NCBI RefSeq assembly: GCF_006345805.1
Contig: NW_021823838.1
Coordinates: 1 to 21,003 of the forward strand
Length of the DNA stretch: 21,003 bases
Source of the DNA: Octopus sinensis
Taxonomy: Eukaryota
Reading direction: 5' to 3'
The notes beneath the pieces were generated by a model, which made no database searches, was not told the origin of the DNA, and saw only the letters and a list, made by a program, of their open reading frames with translations. The position numbers and the translations under genes are program-made. How positions within the stretch are numbered: position 1 is the stretch's first letter; each line of letters begins with the position of its first letter. Below are positions 1-10,194 of this stretch, piece after piece.

Positions 1-234
1 TTCTGTTTATTGTTGTTTACGTCTGTGTGGTGGTGCTCTTATTGTGATTGTTCTTTGTAGTTGTTGTTGCATTTTTTTTTGTGTTTTTGTTGTTCAAGCG
101 GCTCTTCTTTTGCTGTTTTTACTGTAGTTGGTGTTGATGATGATGATGATGATGATGATGTTACCATATTCTATCTATTATTTATTTGTATGATTTTTTT
201 TGAAGTTTTTACATTTTTCTTTTTGCGTGTGTTT

Positions 235-455
235 AAGGCGACGAGCTGGCAGAATCGTTGGCACACCGGGAAAAATGCTTAGCAGCATTTCGTCCGTCTT
301 TACGTTCTGAGTTCAAATTCCGCCGACGTCGACATTGCCTTTCAAACTTTTGGAGTCAATAACAAAAGTACCAGTTTAACATTCGGGTCGATTTAATCGA
401 CTTAACACCGCACCTCAAAACTGCTAACCTTGCGCCAAAATTTGAAAACAATATT
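235..455 (+). mobile_element. tRNA-derived SINE, family A, near full length, tail type 1
   Basis: Head AAGGCGACGAGCTGGCAGAATCGTT (A-box-like) and GAGTTCAAATTCC (B-box-like); central GCCTTTCA..GTCAAT..AGTACCAGT..GGGTCGATTTAATCGACT resembles the Nin/Deu-type SINE domain; aligns by eye with copies at 1329-1932 and 10501-10734. Confidence 0.85.
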
Positions 456-560
456 TTTGTGTTTATTTTGCTCGGAGGTCTTTAGTTTTGGTGGGTAGGG
501 CACAAACCATATCTGTTGCAGTTGAAGTGGAGGTGAATAAGAAACGGGTGGACTTTGATG

Positions 561-727
561 TGCCGAAGCGTTAGCACGCCGGGGAAAATGCTTAGCGGCA
601 TTTCGTCCGTTTCACCCTTTGGGGTCGATGAGTCAACTACCAGTGAAACACTGGAGTCGGCGTAATCGACTCGTCCACTCCCGCTAAATTTCAGGCCTTG
701 TGCCTCTAGTAGAAAAGTTTATTATTA
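561..727 (+). mobile_element. SINE family A copy with internal deletion, tail type 2
   Basis: GTTAGCACGCCGGGGAAAATGCTTAGCGGCATTTCGTCCG joins directly to TTTCACCCTTTGGGGTCGAT, so the B-box segment is missing; tail AAATTTCAGGCCTTGTGCCTCTAGTAGAAAAG then ATT repeats. Confidence 0.8.
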
Positions 728-870
728 CTATTATTTCTGCTTCTCCACTTCTTCTCACTCAAACTCTATTCTGTTCTTACAATGTGGTAAATACAAGTAA
801 CGTTTATTATTATCACTATCTCAATCATCATTATCATCATCATCATCGTCGTCGTCACGAAGATCCTCAT

Positions 871-972
871 TAAGATAATAAGAATAAATTCTCTACTACA
901 GACTCAATGTCCCAAATTTTGTGGAGTGGGGAGTCGATTACATTGACCCCCGTACTTATTTTGTCGATACCG
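871..972 (-). mobile_element. SINE family A 3' fragment, tail type 2
   Basis: Reverse complement contains AAATAAGTAC-GGGGGTCAATGTAATCGACTCCCC..AAAATTTGGGACATTGAGTCTGTAGTAGAGAA. Confidence 0.7.
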
Positions 973-1049
973 TTTGTGTCTGCTCTTCTCTTTTTTCTTT
1001 GTTTTTTTACAGGTTCATGCTCAGAATTGTTCCTTTCACGCTGGCCATT

Positions 1050-1328
1050 TTTAATAATTGAAGTCGCTAGGATGGAGCAGCTACGAGAGTCAAACATAAA
1101 TGTTATCGTTTTGTCATCGGACGATTGGGTTCGATACCACCCTACAATCTGGATGTATTACAAAAGTCGGCATTACTTGGAACTGCACGCATATTGCGTA
1201 AAGTACTGTCTGTCTGATGTCCTTGTGACTTGACAAAGAGTACAAACCCCCGGTAGACACAATATCTTCAGTCAACAACCTCACGGTATTGTATACTGTG
1301 CGTCGTCTACTATAATAATAATGATAAT
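1050..1328 (+). mobile_element. 3' fragment of a restriction-like-endonuclease non-LTR retrotransposon (R4/Dong-like)
   Basis: Reads IIEVARMEQLRESNINVI, then a frameshift into VIGRLGSIPPYNLDVLQKSALLGTARILRKVLSV* (1113-1217). The IGxLG and LQKxxLLGTARILRKVL motifs match the C-terminus I recall for R4/Dong ORFs. A ~95 bp 3' UTR ends in TAA repeats. Confidence 0.75.
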
Positions 1329-1526
1329 GGTTCAAATTTTGCCACAAGGGCAGTCATCTTGGGGAAGGGAATGTGTCGATTACATTGACCCCCAGTGTTC
1401 AACTGGTACTTAATTTATCGACCCCGAAAGGATGAAAGGCAAACTCAAACACAGCGCAATTTGAACTCAGAACGCAGCGACGGATGGAATACTACTAAGC
1501 ATTTCGCCCGGCGTGCTGACATTTCT
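1329..1526 (-). mobile_element. SINE family A, third unit of a head-to-tail trimer, tail type 1
   Basis: Reverse complement has GTCAGCACGCCGGGCGAAATGCTTAG, TTCTGAGTTCAAATT, GCCTTTCATCCTTTCGGGGTCGATAAATTAAGTACCAGTT, CCCTTGTGGCAAAATTTGAACC. Confidence 0.85.
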
Positions 1527-1710
1527 TATTTCTTTATTGCCCACAAGGTGCTAAACATAGAGGGGACAAACAAGGACAGACATGGGGGTTTAAGTCGATT
1601 ACATCAACCCCAGTGCGTAGCTGGTGCTTAATTAATCGACCCCGAAAGGATGAACGGCAAATCGACCTCGGCAGAATTTGAACTCAGAAGGTAACAGCAG
1701 GAGAAATACC
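1527..1710 (-). mobile_element. SINE family A, second unit of the trimer (5' truncated), tail type 3
   Basis: Reverse complement starts GGTATTTCTCCTGCTGTTACCTTCTGAGTTCAAATT and ends CCTTGTGGGCAATAAAGAAATA. Confidence 0.85.
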
Positions 1711-1932
1711 TATTTCTTTATTACCCACAAGGGGCTAAACACAGAGGGGACAAACAAGGACAGACATAGGTGTATTAAGTCGATTACATCGACCCCAGTG
1801 CGTAACTGGTACTTAATTTATCAACCCCGAACGGCAAATCGACCTCGGCGGAATTTGAACTCAGAACGTAACGGCAGACGAAATACCGCTAAGCATTTCG
1901 CCCGGCGTGCTAACATTTCTGCCTGCTCGCCA
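1711..1932 (-). mobile_element. SINE family A, first full-head unit of the trimer, tail type 3
   Basis: Reverse complement starts TGGCGAGCAGGCAGAAATGTTAGCACGCCGGGCGAAATGC and ends CCCCTTGTGGGTAATAAAGAAATA; closely similar to 10501-10734. Confidence 0.9.
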
Positions 1933-2169
1933 CATTCAATTCTGCCAAACAGGAACAGCAACAGCAATTATAAAAAATTATTTTATTTTCAAGGTTTTAT
2001 TTCTCATCTTGGTGGAGATAGACGGAAAGGAATAAGTTAACTCAAAACAGTGAAACAAGCTCCCACTACTATTGCTGTCTTCTGACTTTCTGATAATGGA
2101 TACAATCTTCCATTGCAGGACTGTTTTCTTACAAGATGTTTCCACATGCATTTGTAAATACTTACATGC

Positions 2170-2235
2170 ACTCACACACACACGTACAACAAACATACAA
2201 ACAGCACACACACAGACATACACACAAACACACAA

Positions 2236-2267
<32 letters not shown>

Positions 2268-2590
2268 GTACATATATATTTATAGAAGTCAAACACTTAT
2301 AGAAATAAACAAACGGGCGGAAAGATATACTAAATGCACTGAATACACAGACGCACAGACACACAGACGAACGGAGAACAAACACAGGTCACAAATTTCT
2401 CATCAGTTATCGACTATGTATATATATATATGTATATGTGTGTGCGTGTGTGTGTGTATGTGTGTGTGTGTATGTACACAGGAATTCATATAAATAAATA
2501 TATTAAATATATATCTACATGCATACATGCAAGCATTCATACATATATATTATAACATACACATATATGTATATTATATATGAATATAAG

Positions 2591-2682
<92 letters not shown>
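2170..2682. repeat. Compound (CA)n/(TG)n/(TA)n microsatellite tract
   Basis: Directly visible dinucleotide runs, including a long pure (TA)n at ~2595-2642. Confidence 0.9.
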
Positions 2683-3456
2683 GAAGGTAAAAATCTAATC
2701 TGCATGCAATGAACGTAAAACAAAAATAAGTAAAAAAATATACACTATTGATAACAACATAAATATCAACAATGGTTCTTCCTAATGCGTTCAGCCTCTC
2801 CATCTTGAATACGTATTACATTACATTATATAAGCTATACTTCAGTGTATTGGGCATTATGTTTGTTGAATTCCAGTAATATACACCGAACGATAATATA
2901 TATATATATATATACATGCATATATGGATAGATAGACCAGTGTATACTATGTTTAGGTAAGCACATATCAACGTGTTCGTGTTTGTATTTGCATCTATCT
3001 GTGTTGGTGTATTAGTGCGTGTTATTTACTTGTTCCAACAAAATCCAATCGCCATTACAATACAAGCCATTCTCGTCTGTATGCAATCCCAAGGTTTCCC
3101 TCAGCTCTCACATTTTACTGCATCGATTTCTTCCCAACACAGCTGACAGTTAATATTGTTTTATTTCATTTTTCTTCCTTGCTGTATTTCATTTCTTCTC
3201 TCATTCTTTCCGTATTTCGTTTTTTTTCTTTTGTTTTTTTTTTCATTCGGCCAGCCCATCTTCCTTTCACTGATAATCGTGATTTTGTTTCGCCTCTTTT
3301 TTGAAATAAATAAAATTAAATTAATCGTAATAATAGTGATATTTAGTTAGACACATTGTATATATTTTCCCTTCTACATTTTCGTTATTAACCATCATTT
3401 ATCAAATTTTATACAATAGACACACATGTGTGAATATAATAAACGTATGTGTGTGC

Positions 3457-3474
3457 ATCTATCATCTATCTATC

Positions 3475-3528
<54 letters not shown>

Positions 3529-3546
3529 ATCTATCTATCCTAGCTA

Positions 3547-3582
<36 letters not shown>

Positions 3583-3610
3583 CTATCTATCTATCTATCT
3601 ACCTATCTAT

Positions 3611-3683
<73 letters not shown>

Positions 3684-3900
3684 ACTATCATTCATCTGTC
3701 TGTCAGTCTGTCTGTCTCTCTCTGTATATCTATCTCTATATCTATCTCTCTGTCTGTCTGTTTGTCTGTCTGTCTATCTATCTGTCTATCGATGTACATA
3801 TGTATATACATAAATATGTATGTGTGTGTGGTGAGTGAGTGTGTGTGCGCGTGTGTATATATGTATATATGTATGTATGTATGCATGTATGTATGCATGT
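3457..3900. repeat. (TATC)n/(TGTC)n tetranucleotide microsatellite followed by TG/TATG repeats
   Basis: Directly visible; explains the repetitive SIYL ORF 3426-3908. Confidence 0.95.
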
Positions 3901-4321
3901 ATTCTTAACTGAAGTCGTCCTTATAACATATCCGCTGTTGGTGTGTTTGAATATTATTTTATCAATAATGTGTTCCCTATTGACCCTTAGGTTTTCTTTA
4001 TGCAAGACCGGTCCAGTCTAGCATTAACATTAAATATTTGTACAACATCGATTTATGGCTCTCTAATGTTTTGGTATACCTGATGAAATCCACCTGATTC
4101 AGTCTAAGCCTCTGGTTGGTTTCACATGTAGCACATCCACTGCCGTGTGAGCGCAAACTCTTCCCGATGCCCGCACCTCCTATAAGGACGGTTAAGTCAC
4201 GTCACCGACTACTCGGCCAATACCATGTAGTAGCTAATTGCAATGTTACGAACTTGGAATTGGTCTTTGGTCTCACACATGCACGTAAACACATGTACAA
4301 ACACACACGAACATCTCCATG

Positions 4322-5597
4322 TTTTGGGTTCTCACATAAATTCTTTCGATTCTTTTTATTGTTATTTCAATTTACACGAAAATATTTTTATCGCTGTGTT
4401 TTATCGATTTTTGTATATTTTTGCAGCTCTGTTCTTACCACACAAGTTTTCTTTGTTGTTTTTCAAATTTGAATAAAGTTTATCTCTTTTCAGACATTTG
4501 ATGAACAAAGCAGCAAGAACGAAAAATGTGTGTTTTCGACCCTTACTTCTCTTCGCTTTTAAACACGGTTAGAATGCTGCCAAATCTGCTTGGGACATTT
4601 GTGCTGCACATAGAGAACTATACAGTAATGGCTCCCACATTTCAAAGGGAGGAAATTCGACCTCACAACCTCTCCGCATTCCTACCCGCCTGTTAAATAC
4701 AACGAGGATCAATTGAACCTACTGAAGTACCAGAATCTGAGCAAGTTCGCTAGGGAATTGATCCAGGAGATGGAAAGGATCCTCTCATGATGCCGTCGCT
4801 CGTCACCTTCACTTAATGGTAAGGTCCCAAACCCTGATGCTTGGGTGTCAAACGCTCTGAACAAAGAAACAAACTCCAGTGCTCTTCTGGCGTCGCCAGC
4901 TTGTTCGCTCTACGCTTGACTACGCATGGTCTCTTTACTTCATCATCACTGGCGAATAAAACTGGTGTCTTTACAGTAATATGAATCGGAAGAAAGAATG
5001 TATGAGTCTAGAGAAGCCAAGAGCACCTTGAGCTAAGCTAGAACTACGTCTACACAAGACAATGACCAGCATTTGGTGGAACTCTAAAGAGCTAATCTAC
5101 TACAAAATGTTTGAAAAAAAAAAACCTCACGAGATCAGTGCAGAGCTTTTACGCTCAGCAAATGTATTGGCGTAACGAGGTTTTTCGAATGAAATGACCC
5201 GACCAGTATTCAACTTGAAAATGCTCTCCCCATTTCACTTAGTTGACCAAAGAGAACTATTCGAGAACTCGGTTGGGAAGTTCTACCGCCCCCATTGTAT
5301 TCTCCTAGTATAACGCCTTCAGATTATCACTTACTGCATTCGCTCTTCTACAGTCTGTGTAGCATTTCTTTCAACAGCGACGTGGAACTGAAAGAAGTGA
5401 TCGATGTATTCTTCGAGTAATGACCCGGAGATTTCTACTTTCATGATTTTGACAAGCTAGAGGAACATTAGCAAGAAATTGTGACCAATGAAGGAAAATA
5501 TATTATTAACTGATTTATTGAAAGATTGTTGATGAAAAATACGGATTGAAATATGCAGAGCAAAAACAACAAAGGAATTTAAGCCAATTATCTAATA
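4322..5597 (+). mobile_element. Decayed full-length mariner (DD34D-type) DNA transposon
   Basis: About 1.28 kb, typical of mariner size. Weakly similar inverted ends: TTTTGGGTTCTCACATAAATTCTTTCG vs reverse complement of right end TATTAGATAATTGGCTTAAATTCCTTTG. Encloses a transposase relic. Boundaries are approximate. Confidence 0.75.
4501..5512 (+). pseudogene. Mariner transposase pseudogene with multiple stops and frameshifts
   Basis: Motif relics in the expected order: FRPLLLFAF, GKFDL..PHS.PP, AWVSNAL (WVPHEL), IITGE/WCLY (TGDEKW), IWWNSKELIYY, LENALPH (HDNARPH), WEVLPPPLYSPSITPSDYHLLHSL (YSPDLAPSDY), GKYIIN*. Confidence 0.9.
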
Positions 5598-5655
5598 ATC
5601 ATATATATATATATAGTATTAATATAATAGATGGGAGGAGAAAAGATTTTATTGG

Positions 5656-5697
5656 GTACGACACATGTTTCGACCCGTTCTGGGGCTCTTCGTGTAC
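5656..5697 (-). ncRNA. Minimal type I hammerhead-ribozyme-like motif with variant core
   Basis: Minus strand: GUAC (stem I) - ACGAAGA (vs CUGANGA) - GCCCC/AGAAC/GGGUC (stem II) - GAAAC - AUGU - GUC (cleavage triplet) - GUAC (stem I). Confidence 0.55.
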
Positions 5698-5740
5698 ATC
5701 AATAAAATGTTTTACGAGAGATTTCCTGATTTTTATTGAT

Positions 5741-5782
5741 GCACCCGAAGAGACCCAGAACGGGTCGAAACATGTGTTGTAC
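5741..5782 (+). ncRNA. Minimal type I hammerhead-ribozyme-like motif with variant core
   Basis: GCAC - CCGAAGA - GACCC/AGAAC/GGGUC (perfect 5-bp stem II) - GAAAC - AUGU - GUU - GUAC; AATAAA at 5785-5790. Confidence 0.55.
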
Positions 5783-5987
5783 CCAATAAAATCTTTTCTC
5801 CTTCCATCTATTTTATTAATACTGTTACCCCCTACCGCAACCACGAAGTTCCTGCAATAAATCTACGGATAACAACAGGTAATCGAAAATGTGCTGGTGC
5901 TTTATTCATCATCTATTTGTACATTTAGTATAATTTTTCCATTATTGTATATATATATTCTCTTATTTTCTAATTGACTGCGGCCAT

Positions 5988-6063
5988 GCTGAGGTCAATA
6001 TAATCGACTGGCCTCTTACCCTCCAAAATTTCGGGCCTGGTGCTTAGAGTAGAAAAGATTATT
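5988..6063 (+). mobile_element. SINE family A 3' fragment, tail type 2
   Basis: GCTGAGGTCAATATAATCGACTGG..CCAAAATTTCGGGCCTGGTGCTTAGAGTAGAAAAGATTATT matches the tail of 561-727. Confidence 0.75.
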
Positions 6064-6454
6064 TCTGAGGGTCAAATCCAGAAAGAAATGAAAATTTAGT
6101 GAGTTATCAGCAATTAAAATGTGTATACATTTTTGGGAGACACAATACAAACATGTGTGTGTATGTGTGCGTGCGCGCGTGTGTGTCGATATGTATTATT
6201 TTGGGCGTGCATGTGTGTGTGTGAGTGTGAATAGGTATTTTATTGAAGTGAATCTGAAACTTGAGTTGTGACTCAAATTTCAGGCCAATGCGATCAGCAG
6301 GAATTCTTACTCGCTTGAAGATCGCAGTGGTGTGAAACTTGATTCGCGAGAAAAACTCTCAATTTCTATGTGAGTAGGAAAAACAACTGTCTCCTTTACA
6401 ATATGTATTGAGCATATCTCGTTTGTCCGAGATATATGCTAGAGTGTACATATA

Positions 6455-6625
6455 TTCATGTATACATACATACATGCATACACGCACACACACACACACA
6501 CATATATATATACATATAGAAACAAGGGCAAAAGTTGTATATAAATTTAACCTTTAAAGGTATTTTTTAATATGCTGGCCATTGATAAACTTTTTTCGAA
6601 AAATGTTATCCTATATTAGATATAT

Positions 6626-6687
<62 letters not shown>

Positions 6688-6755
6688 ATATCTATGTATG
6701 TAAAGCAGAGTTTTTGTGTGAAGGCGTGTGTGTGTGTCTGTGTGTGGTGTGTATG
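6455..6755. repeat. Compound TACA/CA/TA/TG microsatellites
   Basis: Directly visible runs with a short unique interruption. Confidence 0.85.
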
Positions 6756-7512
6756 TTCCTTGTAGAATCCAAAACCGAATTGCTGATTTTGACGTATGAG
6801 GTATCACAAGATTCAGTAATCGTTCGGCATTCAAATGAAGTATGTTTTCTGACAATTGTTTTTTTTTTACCGCAACAATAATCCCGGGTACGAGGTCGGG
6901 TTGCACAATTTGAGGTCATTTTCCGCAATATTTGTATTTGCTTCTAATCTACGTTGCCAATTTTAATGTTTTCGGACTCCAAAAATGCAACAATGTTCAA
7001 GAAATATTATGAGTACATTTGTGATGCACAAAACCGTATTTGTCAACGGAAAATGACCAAAAATCATGCTTTCTTGGAACAATTATTGGCATATTTTCCG
7101 TCAATAATGGTCAGTGTGAACGTCTTCAGTATTCCATGATTAAATACTGTCTTTGAAATATTGTGATACCATTTCTTTGCACAAAGCTCTAGTTTTCAAC
7201 AGAAAATTGACCGATGATCCGTGTTTGTGGCATAATTGTGATCGCTTTTGGCATCGCTACCAAAGACAATTTTGCCCATGTAGATTTTCTTTGTAGCAAA
7301 CGACTATGGGATTCTAAAGAAGCGTTCTCAGGTTTAAATTCAATAAAGTTTTTCTCAGGATTGCGCATAGTAAGAGCCTATATTTGTTCAAGTGTGGTAA
7401 AGACGTGAGGCAATGATTAAAACCTTTCGAGCTTTTTTGCCTTTATTCAACCCAATTTATGTAAAGTTGTTTATTATTCATTCCATATGTCGCAAAGTTC
7501 GTAAAGATTTTC

Positions 7513-7612
7513 TTACATCTCCGTAACCCGCGACTCGGCAAAAAGAGACCGATAAAATAATCACTAGGCTGATGCCCTGCGGTCGACTTGTTCGACTAAA
7601 GCCCTTCGAGGC
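7513..7612 (+). mobile_element. SINE family B 3' fragment
   Basis: CCGTAAC..CGGCAAAAAGAGACCGATAAAATAA..CTGCGGTCGACTTGTTCGACTAAA resembles the reverse complement of 11790-11890. Confidence 0.65.
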
Positions 7613-7659
7613 ACTACTACAGCTTGTAAAAAAATATATTAGCCGTAATAGAAGGACAG

Positions 7660-7828
7660 ATAGTGAGAGAGTGTGAGAGTGTGTGAGAGAGAGAAAGAGA
7701 AAGAGAGAGAGAGAGAAAGAGAAACTGAGAGAGTGTGAGAGAGAAAGAGAGAGGGAAAGAGAAAGAGAAAGGGGAGAGTGACAAAGGGAGAGAGAGAGAA
7801 GAGGAGAGAAAGAAAGGGAGAGAGAGAA
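7660..7828. repeat. (GA)n-rich polypurine tract
   Basis: Directly visible. Confidence 0.9.
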
Positions 7829-7830
7829 AA

Positions 7831-9040
7831 ATGGTAATGGTTGTGTTGTTGTTGTTGGTGGTGGGGATGGGTGTGATGATTGTGGTGATGGTGTTGGTGG
7901 TGATGGTTGTGATGGCGGTGATGTTGGTTGTAATGGTGGAGGTGGTGATAGTAGTGATGGTGGTGATGGTGGTGTTGGCGTTGTTGGTGGTGTTGGTGTT
8001 GTTGTTGGTGGTGTTGGTGGTGTTGTTGGTAGTAATGATGGTGGTGATGGGGGTGTTGGTGTTGGTGGTGATGGTAGTGTTGTTGTTGGTACTGGTGGTG
8101 ATGGTGATGATGGTGGTGATGGTAGTGTTGTTGTTGGTGGTGGTAGTAATGATGGTGGTTTGCGTTGTGGTTGTATCTCTGTTTGTGCTAGAGTTTCACC
8201 CTTGATGACAGTGGTAGTTTCAAGGTGGTGATCGTCGGAGTACAGGTACGTAGGGGCCATTAGTGGTGATAGTTGTAGTATTACTGTTGTTGCTGTTGTA
8301 GCTAGGGGAAGTATGAAAATGATGGTTTGTCACAGTATAGGTGTTTGTATTAGTAGTGGTGGTAATTGTGATGATGATAATAATAGTACTGGTACTAGTG
8401 CTGTTGCTGTTGTTGTTACTGATGTTGGCAGGACTAGTATGAAGAAGATGGCTAGTGGTAGTGTATGTATGGATGGTGATAGTAGTGGCTTTGAAGGTGT
8501 TGGTGGTGGTTGTAATAGTGTTGACTCTGGTGGTGGCGCTAGTAGGATTGCGCTAAGAATGTTGTTTGTTGCTATAATGATTGTTAAGAAGTTACTGTTG
8601 TGCGGATGATGATGATAATGATGATGACGATGAGGATGACGACGATCATGATAGTGTTGATGATGATGATGGCTAGGGTGACGGTAACGGTGACGACGAT
8701 GACGGCGGTGCGACGACGATGACGACGAAGAGGATGATGATGACGATGACGAAGACGATTGTGATAGTGCTGAAGATTGTGATGATGATGATGACAATGA
8801 TGACGAGGACGACGACAACCATGATGATGTCACCGAATCTGATCATGATAGTATTGATAAGGACGAGGATGATGATGATGATGAGGAGGAGGAGGATTAT
8901 GATGATGACGACAATAACGGCGACGATGACGATAATGATGATGATGACTACGACGTAGATGATGATAGTGTCGATGATGATGATGATGATGACGAGGACG
9001 TCGCCGACGATGACAACGACGACGATGATTAGTAAGGGTG

Positions 9041-9073
<33 letters not shown>

Positions 9074-9120
9074 GTGAGGAAGGCAATGATGCTGCTGCAG
9101 CTGAGGATGCTGATGATGGC
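7831..9120. repeat. ~1.3 kb degenerate trinucleotide tract (GGT/GTT/GAT shifting to GAT/GAC)
   Basis: Strong period-3 GNY pattern; gives low-complexity ORFs in several frames on both strands. Confidence 0.9.
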
Positions 9121-9409
9121 ATTATCCGTAGTCCTTAAAGAGCGAAGATAGTTTAATTTTCCCTTAGATTTCCAATGTGTCATTTGATGGTGGGGGGACA
9201 GGTTTGGTGAGGCTAAACCAGGGAAGGTGGGTACGGCGGGATAAGCGGCTAATCTGTTTCTAATTATCCCCACATCGAAATAACAAACAAATAAACAAAA
9301 GGTAAATAAATAAATAAATAAACACAGTAGTCACACTCCTGTGTGATTTATTGTAAATGTAGCGAGGATTCAGTTATCTGGCTGATACTCCTTCCCAGCC
9401 TCTATCACG

Positions 9410-9452
9410 CCCCCCCCCCCCACACGCACGTTCGTGTAGTATAAATACACCC

Positions 9453-9506
<54 letters not shown>

Positions 9507-9876
9507 ATAGATATATATATATATATTAAGGTATGTAGAAAAATACATATATATATATATGTATATATTATATATATGTATATATGTATGTATTTATATA
9601 TACATGTATGTATATATATATATATATATAGTGTGTGGGTATGGATATGGTATGTATATAGACTACACATTAGCACATACTTACCATGCCTATGTGAATA
9701 TATATTCACACGCAGACACACACACACACCCACGCGCACACGCACATACATATGTATGTATGTATGTTTATTGTGTGTATATACCAACAATAGAAATTCA
9801 CGAATGCACATATATACACTCACATCGACCACTAAATAATACATACTCTGATGATGCACAAACTCACAAGCATTCA

Positions 9877-9907
<31 letters not shown>

Positions 9908-10045
9908 TACTATACACATACAATCACACATACACGAACAACAATTACACGCACACACACACACACATACACACCTATAGACATACAAACATAAAAACTA
10001 ATACACACACACATATACACATACAACACTCTTACATACATACGT
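9410..10045. repeat. Poly-C run followed by compound TA/CA/TATG microsatellites
   Basis: Directly visible. Confidence 0.9.
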
Positions 10046-10194
10046 CAATGACAATCGTTGCTCCCAAAGTGTGAAAACAAATGAGTGTTGGAAATAAATC
10101 AAATGAAGACACAATGAAAATAAATGGCGAAGCGACACAAGACAAAGAGTTTTAAGAGACAAATACAAAATTTAATAATATTGTCCTCTGCCAC

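Larger units (their letters stand above)
5615..5950. mobile_element. Asymmetric fold-back element flanked by (TA)n, probably a Penelope-like pseudo-LTR inversion
   Basis: 93-bp inverted arms 5615-5707 and 5731-5823 (6 mismatches by my count), 23-bp spacer, unpaired extension to ~5950; each arm carries a hammerhead-like fold followed by AATAAA. Confidence 0.75.

Noticed and set aside
1329-1932. Tandem repeats as a CRISPR array or tRNA gene cluster
   Set aside because: Units are ~200-bp SINE copies with no unique spacers or cas genes; the heads have A/B-box-like motifs but I cannot fold a complete cloverleaf.
3426-3908. SIYL-, HT-, YI- and VC-repeat ORFs here and elsewhere (e.g. 9374-10074, 20069-20716)
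   Set aside because: Translations of di- and tetranucleotide microsatellites.
4075-4135. CTGATGA followed by a stem and ACATGTA as a hammerhead
   Set aside because: The required GAAA after stem II is absent (reads TTTC) and stem I does not pair convincingly.
4140-4260. Promoter-like cluster (TATAA, TCACGTCA, CCAAT)
   Set aside because: Motif order is inconsistent with a canonical promoter and there is no downstream gene; short motifs are expected by chance.
5546-5860. Two antiparallel ORFs with nearly the same peptide (IDGRRKDFIGY.TCFDPFW)
   Set aside because: A direct consequence of the DNA palindrome, not a gene pair.
6065-6143. Possible solo Tc1-like terminal repeat (ATGTGTATACATTTTTGGGAGACAC)
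   Set aside because: No partner TIR or TSD in the window; resemblance is from memory only.
7478-9273. Long Pro/Thr/Ser-, Val-, His- or Asp-rich ORFs (mucin/extensin-like)
   Set aside because: They overlap in several frames on both strands and derive from trinucleotide and GA repeats lacking stop codons; no domain or splice support.
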